Positions 1-9,186 of a stretch of DNA of 64,000 bases are shown here, in pieces; position 1 is the first letter of the stretch, and each line of letters begins with the position of its first letter. Under the pieces are notes generated by a model that worked only from the letters and a program-made list of their open reading frames with translations, was not told the origin of the DNA and ran no database searches. The position numbers were made by a program, and so were the translations under genes. Where the stretch lies: IMG/VR virus record IMGVR_UViG_3300044627_003356; one strand, given 5' to 3'. This stretch comes from a virus.

Positions 1-48
1 TTAAGCGAGTTAATCAAAAATTGCGGTCTCATTGAGCCCCGCACCATT

Positions 49-77
49 AGTATACTATTATTTATACAACTTGTCAA
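49..77 (-). promoter_or_regulatory. sigma70-type promoter with embedded late promoter, driving the gene left of the window
   Basis: Minus strand TTGACA(77-72)-N17-TATACT(54-49); TATAAATA (66-59) lies in the spacer. Confidence 0.75.
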
Positions 78-481
78 TAGTCCTGTGTTTTCTTACCAAT
101 ATTATATTTTGGTACTAATTGCCAGTCATCCTTCTCTTTATGTGAAAGAATCTTAATTTGACTGAGGAATATGGGTGGTGGATTTTCAATCTGTTGTTTT
201 CGGACAACAGTTACCAGGTTCCAATCTTCCAATAGCTTTATTATGGCATTCCTACGGGACAAGTCGTTTTCGGTAATATCGGTTGGTTTACCATCTAAGG
301 CAAATAATTCTTTGAAGTGGACAATATAATATTGACCTCTTTTGTGTAGTATATGACACGATTGGAATAAGGTTTGGTCTTTTTTTGAAGCCACTCCAAT
401 GCGTGTTAATGTTTCTCTGACTTTGAGGAAATCATCATTCTCATTCAAAGTTACTTCAACTAAATCAGTAATATTAATCAT
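74..481 (-). CDS. regA: translational repressor RegA
   Basis: DDFLKVRETLTRIGVAS...QSCHILHKRGQYYIVHFKELFALDG; follows gp62 as in T4. Confidence 0.97.
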   Translation of the reverse strand: MINITDLVEVTLNENDDFLKVRETLTRIGVASKKDQTLFQSCHILHKRGQYYIVHFKELFALDGKPTDITENDLSRRNAIIKLLEDWNLVTVVRKQQIENPPPIFLSQIKILSHKEKDDWQLVPKYNIGKKTQDY

Positions 482-861
482 ATTCCGCCTTTATCTGTTC
501 TTCTTTTTATTTCAGCGATTTGGTCATCATTAAGAATTCGTAAAGCTTCTTTAGCCTTCTGGTTAGAATAACCAAAGTAGGTCTTTACGCAATCTATGTT
601 CTTATCGGTCTCTGTTTTCTGCCACGGTTGAAATTTCCGTTTCATTGACCTGATGGTATTTAGAAGATATTGATATTGAAGGTCTTTTTCCAACTCTGGA
701 TAAAGGTTCATCTCGTTGGCATATAGAACACAATCCATATGATATGACAAGGCACGATTGACCACAAAAGGTGTATAGTCTTTTGCATCAATGTCATCAT
801 GTATTACAGACTTCTTGGTTTGAAGTATTGAGGGAATAATCTCTTTGAACAAGTCAGGCAT
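478..861 (-). CDS. gp62: clamp loader small subunit
   Basis: YTPFVVNRALS...ANEMN...YFGYSNQKAKEAL; synteny with gp44 and regA. Confidence 0.93.
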   Translation of the reverse strand: MPDLFKEIIPSILQTKKSVIHDDIDAKDYTPFVVNRALSYHMDCVLYANEMNLYPELEKDLQYQYLLNTIRSMKRKFQPWQKTETDKNIDCVKTYFGYSNQKAKEALRILNDDQIAEIKRRTDKGGI

Positions 862-862
862 A

Positions 863-1324
863 TTAATATCCTGATACGGTATACTTTTGTAACTCAGCCA
901 TTTCTTGTTCAGTCATTTTTCTAACTGGCTTTAAAGCTTCTTGTTCTCTATCAATTAGAATCATATTACGACCATCTTTGGTTATATAGTTTCTTGTTTT
1001 AAAGTTTTTTGGTTCTACTCTAAAAATCCATCCAGCCCACTTATCTTGATGCCGTGGAGGTGGTACCGAAACAAAATAAAGAACATCAACTGACCTACAT
1101 TTGTTTAATTGATTTGGTTTAAATGTAAAAGCGTTTTGCATAATAAAAGGTACTTGAGTTTTGACTTCAACTTTTTTATCATTAACTAACAAATCTTTTT
1201 CTGAATCAAATTTATCAACAGAAGTTTTAATTCTACAACCTTCTTCACTCAGCATATTAATGATAATTTTCTCTCCGGCTAAACCGAGTTCATTCATCAT
1301 TTCTTCTTTGGTCATGTTTTTCAT
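863..1324 (-). CDS. hypothetical protein, PD-(D/E)xK nuclease-like
   Basis: G-x-x-GE...DLLVNDKKVEVKT resembles the PD-(D/E)xK core; ATGA overlap with gp44. Confidence 0.5.
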   Translation of the reverse strand: MKNMTKEEMMNELGLAGEKIIINMLSEEGCRIKTSVDKFDSEKDLLVNDKKVEVKTQVPFIMQNAFTFKPNQLNKCRSVDVLYFVSVPPPRHQDKWAGWIFRVEPKNFKTRNYITKDGRNMILIDREQEALKPVRKMTEQEMAELQKYTVSGY

Positions 1325-2253
1325 TTGAACTCACAATCTACCATGATTTCAGTTAGACAAGCGATGAGATTAATTTCGGAGTCAGCAACAAAGGCTGCTT
1401 GATATTGATACTTAGCAAGAACCAAAACCAACTGTGGAACAGATTGTGGTTTTAACGATTCATATAAACTGTCGTATAGTTTACGGAAGATTCTGGCTGG
1501 GTCGTTGTCGAGATTGTTGGTGACCCATTTCCTGGCGGCCGCAAAGTCTTTTTCTTTGAGAGCTCGAAGTAAATCAGCAAGTTGTATATCACTAACACTA
1601 GAAAGAATACCTTTGTCAATTGTACCAGCAACCGAATATCGTTGAAGTTCATTAAGAATTCTACGATTATCCGGAAAGTGTTTCGTGATAATAGCGGCGA
1701 CCACTTCTTTGTCGTATGTAACTCCTTCTTGCTGAAGGATGTTTTCAACTCGTTTAAAGAATTGTGCAGCCAGTTTTGGTTTAGAACCATTGATTTTAAA
1801 ATCGATAACAGAACAACGGGAGTGAATCGGATCAATGATACGATTTTTGAAATTGCAAGTGAAAATGAATGAGCAGTTTGAGGCAAATTCTTCAATGGCT
1901 CCCCGTAGAGCAGGTTGAGTTGAATTTGGATTAAGATAATCAGCCTCATCAATGATGATAACTTTTCTGCCGCCCATAAGAGAAACTGATGAAGCATAGT
2001 TTTTAATTTTGTTGCGAAGGACATCAATGCCAGACTCGTCAGAACCATTGATGATAATGTAATCGCAACCAACCTCATTACACAATGCTTTAGCAACTGT
2101 TGTTTTTCCAACACCTGCCGTACCAGATAAAAGAAGATTTGGTATCTCTTTTCTCTTGACGAACTCCTGAAAAGTTTCCTTGATGCCATCTGGAAGAACA
2201 CAATCTTCTATTCTAGCTGGTCGATACTTCTCGACCCACAATAAATGTTCCAT
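1321..2253 (-). CDS. gp44: clamp loader large subunit (AAA+)
   Basis: LWVEKYRP, Walker A GTAGVGKT, IIIDEAD, SRC motif. Confidence 0.97.
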   Translation of the reverse strand: MEHLLWVEKYRPARIEDCVLPDGIKETFQEFVKRKEIPNLLLSGTAGVGKTTVAKALCNEVGCDYIIINGSDESGIDVLRNKIKNYASSVSLMGGRKVIIIDEADYLNPNSTQPALRGAIEEFASNCSFIFTCNFKNRIIDPIHSRCSVIDFKINGSKPKLAAQFFKRVENILQQEGVTYDKEVVAAIITKHFPDNRRILNELQRYSVAGTIDKGILSSVSDIQLADLLRALKEKDFAAARKWVTNNLDNDPARIFRKLYDSLYESLKPQSVPQLVLVLAKYQYQAAFVADSEINLIACLTEIMVDCEFK

Positions 2254-2289
2254 TTCACATACCTCATAATAAAATATACAACTAAAATA

Positions 2290-2481
2290 CTACTCAATTT
2301 GTCCCTGAAGGACACCAACAACATCAATTTGTGATTCTTCTACAACAATATTACCATTCGTTAATCCAACAACAGTTTTACCTTTCATTTCACCATCAGG
2401 TAAAACAAATACAATCATAACAAACTTTGGATTAATGGCAACTTTTTGTTGATTGGTTGCATCAGTAAAATATACTAGCAT
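2290..2481 (-). CDS. small hypothetical protein, FlbD/SwrD-like pattern
   Basis: 63 aa; AINP...TVVGLTNG.IVVEES.IDVV resembles the FlbD family; SD-like AAGGA upstream. Confidence 0.5.
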   Translation of the reverse strand: MLVYFTDATNQQKVAINPKFVMIVFVLPDGEMKGKTVVGLTNGNIVVEESQIDVVGVLQGQIE

Positions 2482-2483
2482 AA

Positions 2484-3158
2484 TTATCCTTCAAATTTAG
2501 ATTCTTTAGATTCTGTTGCAATCCAGTATTGAATGTCAACGGACTTGTTTTTAAACGAGGCAAGGCCTTTTGATGAAATTTCAACATCATAGGCACCAGG
2601 AATCATTTTAAGATTTTCAGTTAAGAATACCATCTTAAATTTCTTTCCGTTACCACTACCTACTTCAATGTGATTTGTGTGAGCAGAATCATCTTTTGCA
2701 TTAAAGGTTGTCAAAACAATTTTATCATCTTTTGACAATACAGCAATGTGTGGAGATTGTAGAACAGAAGCACTCTTTAATAAATCAGCCAAATCTTCTT
2801 TGGCCAAAGAAAAAGCAATGTCAACTGATGGTAAAGAAAGTTCTTTGTCTGGTGCCGTGACAATCATTTCTTTGACTGTCTTACGATAAGTGGTCGACTT
2901 TTTTGGACCAAATTTGAAAATCACATTCTTATCATCAAAATCGATTTCCGTATTATCGAACATCGAATGAACCGAAAGAAACTGATTCAAATCATAAACA
3001 CAAAAGTCTTGTGGGAACTCATCCTTTAAAGATGCTTTGGCAAGAACAGTTTTGCCAGAGGACATGGTACGAATTGTATTGCCTTTTTTAAATTCCATAC
3101 CAGAATTAATTGAGGCAAAGTTTTTTAATACATCAAGTGTATCTTTTGATAATTTCAT
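2484..3158 (-). CDS. gp45: DNA polymerase sliding clamp
   Basis: MKLSKDTLDVLKNFASIN...YDLNQFLS...YWIATE; GGAG SD. Confidence 0.96.
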   Translation of the reverse strand: MKLSKDTLDVLKNFASINSGMEFKKGNTIRTMSSGKTVLAKASLKDEFPQDFCVYDLNQFLSVHSMFDNTEIDFDDKNVIFKFGPKKSTTYRKTVKEMIVTAPDKELSLPSVDIAFSLAKEDLADLLKSASVLQSPHIAVLSKDDKIVLTTFNAKDDSAHTNHIEVGSGNGKKFKMVFLTENLKMIPGAYDVEISSKGLASFKNKSVDIQYWIATESKESKFEG

Positions 3159-3183
3159 TTAAATCTCCATCATGTAAAATTTA

Positions 3184-3212
3184 ATAATACTACATTCAAA
3201 AACATTTGTCAA
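3184..3212 (-). promoter_or_regulatory. sigma70-type promoter of gp45 operon
   Basis: TTGACA(3212-3207)-N17-TATTAT(3189-3184). Confidence 0.75.
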
Positions 3213-3213
3213 G

Positions 3214-3576
3214 TTATTCTTTGGAATACTTAACATCATGTTCATACAAAAACATCAAACAACACATGGCATGAGCCAAATGATGTTTGCCTGATTCAGG
3301 ATCAGTAATTTCTCCTTCTTTCCAAGCCCATAAATGCCGTTGCATGGCATCAAAATATCTACGCTTAGAATCAGGAACAAATTTCCAATTATCAGGTTCA
3401 TACTTCTCTGCACCAAAGGTGAGAATTTCTACTGTTGCTTTGAGTGCAAGTGGAGGAATTAAACCATACTGTAATTTGCCCCCATCAAACTTCCGGCCAC
3501 CAGTGGTTACATTTTGTGAAGCTTTTACAACATCAACAAAATTAACAGGAGCGGTTATTTTTGAGGTAATTTCCAT
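3214..3576 (-). CDS. dATP/dGTP diphosphohydrolase-domain protein (DUF5664-like)
   Basis: GRKFDGGKL.Y.LIP...GAEKY..DNW...RY.DA..RHL..W..GE..DPESG.HHLAHA signature. Confidence 0.85.
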   Translation of the reverse strand: MEITSKITAPVNFVDVVKASQNVTTGGRKFDGGKLQYGLIPPLALKATVEILTFGAEKYEPDNWKFVPDSKRRYFDAMQRHLWAWKEGEITDPESGKHHLAHAMCCLMFLYEHDVKYSKE

Positions 3577-4394
3577 TACATTTCTCCGACAAAATTAGCA
3601 ACAGCTGGCATATCTCCTTGAAAGTGATATGTGCCAATATGTGATGTTTTCATCCAAGGACACAACCAAATTGAACCACCCATCTTACGCCACATCTGAC
3701 AGAACATATAATCTTCTGACAGGTAACGATCTGAGCCGCCACCAGTGATTGAATCTTTCGTATCAATGACCGTATCAAAGAAAGCATGAATGTATCGTGA
3801 ACCATCAAAATTAGCTTGGCCAACATGGTCTGGTTTGTAACGGATTGTTGGATACTGTGCAGTCATTTTTTCAAATACCTCACGGCGAATCATCATGAAT
3901 CCAGTGCCAATCTCTAATACTTCAAGTGGTTCTGTAACCGAGAATTGTGCGGTACCTTTAACTGGATTAAAAACATAATCACCAGTAACTTTTTCTAAGG
4001 TTTGGGCTTCAATGTCTGGTTTTTTTTCTACAGCTCTTTTTACTGATTTCCACTTAATCGCTTTCTTGGGATAAGGTCCTCCTACAACTTCTTTGTCAAG
4101 TGCCAGTAGAGCAATAACATCTTGTGGATTAAATGAGATATCCGAATCAAGAAACAACATATGAGTACACCCAGAACGGTGAATAAATTCATCAACCAAA
4201 TAGTTTCTTGCACGAGTAATTAGTGATTCATTGAAAAGAAATGAAAATTTAATCTGTACACCATATTGTAAACATAGCCCCTGTAAATCAAGGCAGGCTT
4301 TCATGTAGAGACCGTGATTCATGCCGCCATACATTGGTGTGGCGACAAATAGACTCTTTTTTTGTAATTCTTCTTTTTTAATTGAAATTTCCAT
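3576..4394 (-). CDS. glycosyltransferase-like protein (GT-A fold)
   Basis: LFVATPMYGG, ESLITRARN, FLDSD (DxD), GTGFMMI, YLSEDY.FC, HIG. Confidence 0.8.
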   Translation of the reverse strand: MEISIKKEELQKKSLFVATPMYGGMNHGLYMKACLDLQGLCLQYGVQIKFSFLFNESLITRARNYLVDEFIHRSGCTHMLFLDSDISFNPQDVIALLALDKEVVGGPYPKKAIKWKSVKRAVEKKPDIEAQTLEKVTGDYVFNPVKGTAQFSVTEPLEVLEIGTGFMMIRREVFEKMTAQYPTIRYKPDHVGQANFDGSRYIHAFFDTVIDTKDSITGGGSDRYLSEDYMFCQMWRKMGGSIWLCPWMKTSHIGTYHFQGDMPAVANFVGEM

Positions 4395-4410
4395 TTGTTC
4401 TCCGAAAAAT

Positions 4411-4446
4411 AAAAAAAAGGGAGTTACGTTATTAAACGAACTCCCT
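4411..4446 (-). terminator. rho-independent terminator after HTH gene
   Basis: AGGGAGTT..CGTT/AACG..AACTCCCT hairpin followed by a T run on the minus strand. Confidence 0.8.
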
Positions 4447-4459
4447 GATAAGCAATAGC

Positions 4460-4729
4460 TTAGTTGAAACTATAACCAGCAGACAATGCTGCACGAACCA
4501 TAGCTTTGGTTGGTTTACCCATACGATAGGCACGAACTTTTGTACCATCACCACGGCGAACTGTGTTGGTGTAAATGCAGTGACCTTCTTGGCGTAACTC
4601 GTCAACACGAGCAGATACGTTTTGAATACCAAAACGTGCACGAGCTTGTGATACAGTTAAAGTGTTGTAACCTTCAGATTTGCTCAAGTAATTGAGGATC
4701 TTTTGTTTAGCGGATAATTGCTTCTTCAT
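4460..4729 (-). CDS. winged helix-turn-helix DNA-binding protein
   Basis: KQKILNYL...LTVSQARARFGIQNVSARVDELRQEGH.I; start moved to ATG 4729 because GGAG SD precedes it. Confidence 0.75.
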   Translation of the reverse strand: MKKQLSAKQKILNYLSKSEGYNTLTVSQARARFGIQNVSARVDELRQEGHCIYTNTVRRGDGTKVRAYRMGKPTKAMVRAALSAGYSFN

Positions 4730-4782
4730 ATAAAACTCCATAGTAAGTTAATAAAATAACCTTGCTTGTTGCAAGTATTCAC

Positions 4783-4812
4783 ATCATAACATTATATATG
4801 TGTGTGTGTCAA
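4783..4812 (-). promoter_or_regulatory. sigma70-type promoter of HTH gene
   Basis: TTGACA(4812-4807)-N18-TATGAT(4788-4783) with extended TGn. Confidence 0.65.
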
Positions 4813-4833
4813 GTATATTTGTGGTATACTTTT

Positions 4834-6099
4834 TTATCTGCCAACTTGTGGCAGATATTTGGCCTTGGTTTCTTCCCAAGATATTTTGATTAGGTCGTTA
4901 TAGAAAAGTGTTTCATATGAAACATTGTTCTTTTTCTGTAATTGCCTAATTCGACCTTTGGCATATTTTGTTTTCCAAATGTTTGCCAAAGATTCTTCAC
5001 TGGTATCAAACGACTTTACCAGTTTATCTTCTGTAATTTCTTTGCGGAGAAATTCATTAGTATTATTATAGAGAGGACTAAAATAGATACCTCTCTGATG
5101 TTCGGTACGAATCAATTCTTTTGGTATTTGTAGCTTAGAATAAGCAAAATTCAATGAACGATTTTTGTGGTCACGTTTGAGTGGCAAGCCTTGTGTATTC
5201 TTGGCTTCCCACCATTCAAAATATTTACGAGTATGATTCTCTTTAATCCAATCAAATACAATTCTTTTGGTTGCTCTAGATGGTTCAAATGCAACTGAGC
5301 CTGATGAGAATCCCATTGGTGTCCAATGTTCAAGTCCATCATATTGTGATAGGCCGCCTGCTTTTGTTTTGCCATACAATGATGTTGTGGTAACTCCAGC
5401 AAGAACATCACCATATTGCCGTTTCCAATCTTTCTGAACTGTATCAGATAAACACATTAAAGCAAGCAATTTACCACCCATGTAATTAAAACCTAGTGGT
5501 TGTAACGGAACGATGGTGGATCCAATCGCTGTGTGATTAATCATGTGTTGCTGTGTCTTAACATCTCTTGACCATCCGATTGCGTTATCTCTAGGAGTCA
5601 AGTCCAGGAAGTCTGAGGAAATACAGATAACACCAAGATACTTGCCTGTAACTTCATCGGTAAGAATGTAGAATAGATTACGGCCAATATTAGAATTGTT
5701 TTTCATTGTAGATGAGAATGTGCGAATGGCATTCCATCTTTCTGCTTCAGGTCCATTTGATAGAACCATAATTGGTTTTAGTTTTTCAAAATCATCAGGT
5801 TCTTGTGGCATCCAGAATTTAGATTTAACATCATTAATCATTTCTTCTTGTTCAGGATTAACCATTTGAATTTCATCACCAAATAGTGTAGATACCTCAT
5901 GAACAGGATATCTTTCTTTTACTTCACACCATTTTTGGTATAAAGTATATTCACGAACATCCATTTGAGAAGCGTATGTTAAATCCTCAACGAGGACTTT
6001 TTTCATATGTTCTTCATCAATGTGTTCAAAACCATCGGCAGGATTTTTATCTTGCCAATCTTGCCATTGTTTTTCTACAAACTCAATAGGTGTTGCCAT
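4834..6099 (-). CDS. DUF4338 / Druantia DruA-like protein
   Basis: GRNLFY...YLGVI.ISSD..DL.PRD..IGW...IVP.QPLG.NY.GGKLLA...TTTSLYG...SQY. Confidence 0.75.
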   Translation of the reverse strand: MATPIEFVEKQWQDWQDKNPADGFEHIDEEHMKKVLVEDLTYASQMDVREYTLYQKWCEVKERYPVHEVSTLFGDEIQMVNPEQEEMINDVKSKFWMPQEPDDFEKLKPIMVLSNGPEAERWNAIRTFSSTMKNNSNIGRNLFYILTDEVTGKYLGVICISSDFLDLTPRDNAIGWSRDVKTQQHMINHTAIGSTIVPLQPLGFNYMGGKLLALMCLSDTVQKDWKRQYGDVLAGVTTTSLYGKTKAGGLSQYDGLEHWTPMGFSSGSVAFEPSRATKRIVFDWIKENHTRKYFEWWEAKNTQGLPLKRDHKNRSLNFAYSKLQIPKELIRTEHQRGIYFSPLYNNTNEFLRKEITEDKLVKSFDTSEESLANIWKTKYAKGRIRQLQKKNNVSYETLFYNDLIKISWEETKAKYLPQVGR

Positions 6100-6698
6100 T
6101 ATTTTTTAATCTTCGCCAAGTTTTTTTGCATTTTCTTAACCATCTTAAACATTTTATCTCGCTTCTTCATAGCCATTTCAAATGCTAGAGGTTTTACACG
6201 ACTAGTATACACTATTCCATTCATATGGTCAAGCTCGTGTAGGAAACAACGAGCAGATATACCAGTTAATTTGGTATTTCTAATTTGACCATTAAAGTCT
6301 TGGTATTCAACCATAATCTCTTTTGGCCTACTAATCTTTAATGTAAGTAATGGATAAGAAAGGCAACCTTCATCCATCAATGCCATTTCATCTGATAAAG
6401 AAATAACTTTTGGATTAAAGAATGCCACATATTCATCACCAGCACCCATCACAAATACTCTATGTTTAAATCCACATTGATTGGCAGATAAACCATAACC
6501 TTTATGTTTTTTACAAGTTTCTACCAATGTGGACGCAAACTCATTTGGATTTACAGGAGGATTACTGAAATCAAATTCAGGTAAAACCTCATGAAGAACT
6601 GGATGATTTTCTGGTATCAATGCAAAAGTTTTCACCTCATACATAACCGGTTCATTTTTTAAAGCTGCTTTTGTATCAAATATAATTGTATCGCTCAT
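6099..6698 (-). CDS. def: peptide deformylase
   Basis: All three PDF motifs: GLSANQCG, EGCLS, HELDH. Confidence 0.95.
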   Translation of the reverse strand: MSDTIIFDTKAALKNEPVMYEVKTFALIPENHPVLHEVLPEFDFSNPPVNPNEFASTLVETCKKHKGYGLSANQCGFKHRVFVMGAGDEYVAFFNPKVISLSDEMALMDEGCLSYPLLTLKISRPKEIMVEYQDFNGQIRNTKLTGISARCFLHELDHMNGIVYTSRVKPLAFEMAMKKRDKMFKMVKKMQKNLAKIKK

Positions 6699-8410
6699 TT
6701 TTCTACCTGACTAAAATTGTTAACTTTTTTGAATTTAATAATTGACCTAAATTTATCAAACAACTGGTCACCCTTATGAGATATGACAAAGATGTTTGTA
6801 TCGTTACCCATTTCGTGAATCAACTTCAGAAACTCCTCTGTACCAACACCATCTAATGATGAATCAAACACTTCATCAAGTATCAACAGATTAGTATTGG
6901 TAGAATTCTTTAATTTGGCTATTTGGCGCCATGTAAACAATAGTGCTAAGTCAATACGCATCTTCTCACCTTCTGAAAAATTGGCATAACTAAACTCATC
7001 ACGGTGCCTTGATTTAATTGTTTCTTCAAATGATTCATTGATATTGAAGTTCACAAAGAAATCCATGGCCGTCAAATACTTATTAATTAGTTTATTCATG
7101 ATAGGCAAGTATTGACGAATAATTTTGGTCTTGATGCCAGTATCTTTTAGTAAATTACCGGCAAATTCATAATATTGTTTCTCACTAGCCAGTTCTTCTT
7201 GCTTGGTAATCAAAGCAGCCAGTTCTGTTTTAAGTTCTTTTAACTTGTCATTTTCTTCTTCTAGGTTATCTTTACGATTGGATAACTCATTAATTTCATT
7301 TTGTAATTTACTAATAAAACTATTCACGGCTATAATGGTAGAGTTATGTTTGACTATTTCATTGTTGTGTGCCCGTATGTGTTGTAGTATCTTTTGTATG
7401 TTATCAATCCTATCACTTGTTTCAGCAATCTGTTTTGCTATACCTGTTAATGCATCATTAACTTCAACTTTAGTATTATTCAATGTGTTGATTTGTTGTT
7501 CTCTAAATTCTTGTTCAATACCTTGTTTGCAAGTAGGACAATCACTATTGTCGTGGTAGAATGTAACTTCTTTTTCAATCTTCTTTAAACGAGATTCCAG
7601 TTTAGATTCTAATTGAACCAATTTGCCACTCTTTTTTTGTATGGCCATTTGATCCGAAATCTTACTATCCAACACATCAATGTGTTTCTGAATTAATACA
7701 ATGTCTTTGTTTAACTTCTTGACTTGTTCTTCCGAATCAATAATATCTTTTTGTTTTTTTTCAATCTCGGCATCATTATGTTTACGATGTTCTTCAATAC
7801 TCTGTTTCTGAAAGTTAATCTTCTCAGATGTCAAATCCATTTCATATTTGTTTTTGGTAGAAGTATCTTTTATGATAGCCATTTTCTCTTTAACCACACC
7901 ATTCATGGATGAGAAGATTTGAATGTCTAATAAGTCCTCGATGATTGCTCTGCGGTCCGCTGGTGACAATTGCATGAACGGAACAAACGAAGCCGAACCA
8001 AGAATTACCACCTGTGTAAATGATTTATAATTTAATTTAAGAATAAACTTCTCTAAGTGTTCTTGGTAGTCTTTGGCCTTAGCATCTTGGTCAACCAGTA
8101 TGCCATTACAATACACTTCAAATGTATTTGGTTTGATACCACGAACCACCTTGTATTGTTTTTGGCCAATAGAGAAGTCAATCTCAACAACACAATCGGA
8201 TTGGTTGATAGAGTTAGGTAATTGTGGTTTATTGATTTTACGAAATGGTTTACCAAAGAGGCCAAAACACAGAGCATCTAGTATCGTAGATTTGCCGGCA
8301 CCATTGTTACCAATGATGAGTGTGTTTGGTGATTTGGTTAAATCAATTTCAGTAAAGTTTAATCCCGTTGAAAGGAAATTTTTCCAGCGAACTTTTTCAA
8401 ATTTAATCAT
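6695..8410 (-). CDS. gp46: recombination endonuclease ATPase subunit (SbcC/Rad50-like)
   Basis: WKNFLSTG, GNNGAGKST, CPTC zinc hook, FSEGEKMRIDL, LILDEVFD. Confidence 0.97.
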   Translation of the reverse strand: MIKFEKVRWKNFLSTGLNFTEIDLTKSPNTLIIGNNGAGKSTILDALCFGLFGKPFRKINKPQLPNSINQSDCVVEIDFSIGQKQYKVVRGIKPNTFEVYCNGILVDQDAKAKDYQEHLEKFILKLNYKSFTQVVILGSASFVPFMQLSPADRRAIIEDLLDIQIFSSMNGVVKEKMAIIKDTSTKNKYEMDLTSEKINFQKQSIEEHRKHNDAEIEKKQKDIIDSEEQVKKLNKDIVLIQKHIDVLDSKISDQMAIQKKSGKLVQLESKLESRLKKIEKEVTFYHDNSDCPTCKQGIEQEFREQQINTLNNTKVEVNDALTGIAKQIAETSDRIDNIQKILQHIRAHNNEIVKHNSTIIAVNSFISKLQNEINELSNRKDNLEEENDKLKELKTELAALITKQEELASEKQYYEFAGNLLKDTGIKTKIIRQYLPIMNKLINKYLTAMDFFVNFNINESFEETIKSRHRDEFSYANFSEGEKMRIDLALLFTWRQIAKLKNSTNTNLLILDEVFDSSLDGVGTEEFLKLIHEMGNDTNIFVISHKGDQLFDKFRSIIKFKKVNNFSQVEK

Positions 8411-9186
8411 CTAATAATTTTATTTTTTTCAATAGCCGATTTCAAAACACACAATAATATATCATTCTTATTTGCAAATGTCAATAATGCATTGGTATCT
8501 TTAGGAAAACAAGCGCCACCAAACCCTAATAATCCATCGGGACCAGGTACCTGCATATGAGAATTTCCCATCCTGTCATCTAATTTTACCAAAGAAACAA
8601 CATTATCAAAATTAATATTATTTCTGTCACATAACATTTTTATTTCATTCATAAAAATAACTTTTGTGGCAAGAAAGGAGTTAATAATATATTTCATCAT
8701 GGAAGCTTCTTCTATTGATGCAGTATGATAAAATGCATTAGGAAACACTTCTTGTAAAATTGACTTTGCAAAATTCACATGAGTCGAGTTTTTTCCACCA
8801 ATAACATGATATTTTGATGCCAAATAATCTTGTATGAATGTTTTTGCAACTAAAAATTCTGGAACATAAACTAAGTTTTCAAAATTTTCATTTAGGTATC
8901 TGTATGTATCTGCTGGTGCAGTAACTTTACTGATGATTGTTCCTTTGTAATTGATTTTTTTTAGTTTCAATAATACATCGGTTAGAATGGTGGTATCGCA
9001 AGAACCATCTTTGTTTTGTGGTGAAGGAACACAAACATATATCGCATCCGTATCACTAATTGTTTCATATGTTCCTGTGCAACTGTCTACAAAAGGATCA
9101 ATAATTTTATCATAAGTGATGTCACTATATGAAGCCATCACAGCTTTACCTACAAATCCTAGCCCAATGATGCCAACATTATACAC
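8407..9186 (-). CDS. UDP-glucose/GDP-mannose dehydrogenase family, short form
   Basis: GIIGLGFVG Rossmann motif, CVPSP, PEFL, KY..NSFLATKV.F.NE, GFGGACFPKD; GTG start overlaps the gp47 stop. Confidence 0.88.
   Translation of the reverse strand: MYNVGIIGLGFVGKAVMASYSDITYDKIIDPFVDSCTGTYETISDTDAIYVCVPSPQNKDGSCDTTILTDVLLKLKKINYKGTIISKVTAPADTYRYLNENFENLVYVPEFLVAKTFIQDYLASKYHVIGGKNSTHVNFAKSILQEVFPNAFYHTASIEEASMMKYIINSFLATKVIFMNEIKMLCDRNNINFDNVVSLVKLDDRMGNSHMQVPGPDGLLGFGGACFPKDTNALLTFANKNDILLCVLKSAIEKNKIIR

Noticed and set aside
4834-6099. Complete Druantia defence system
   Set aside because: Only the DUF4338-like gene is present; no DruE helicase or other partners
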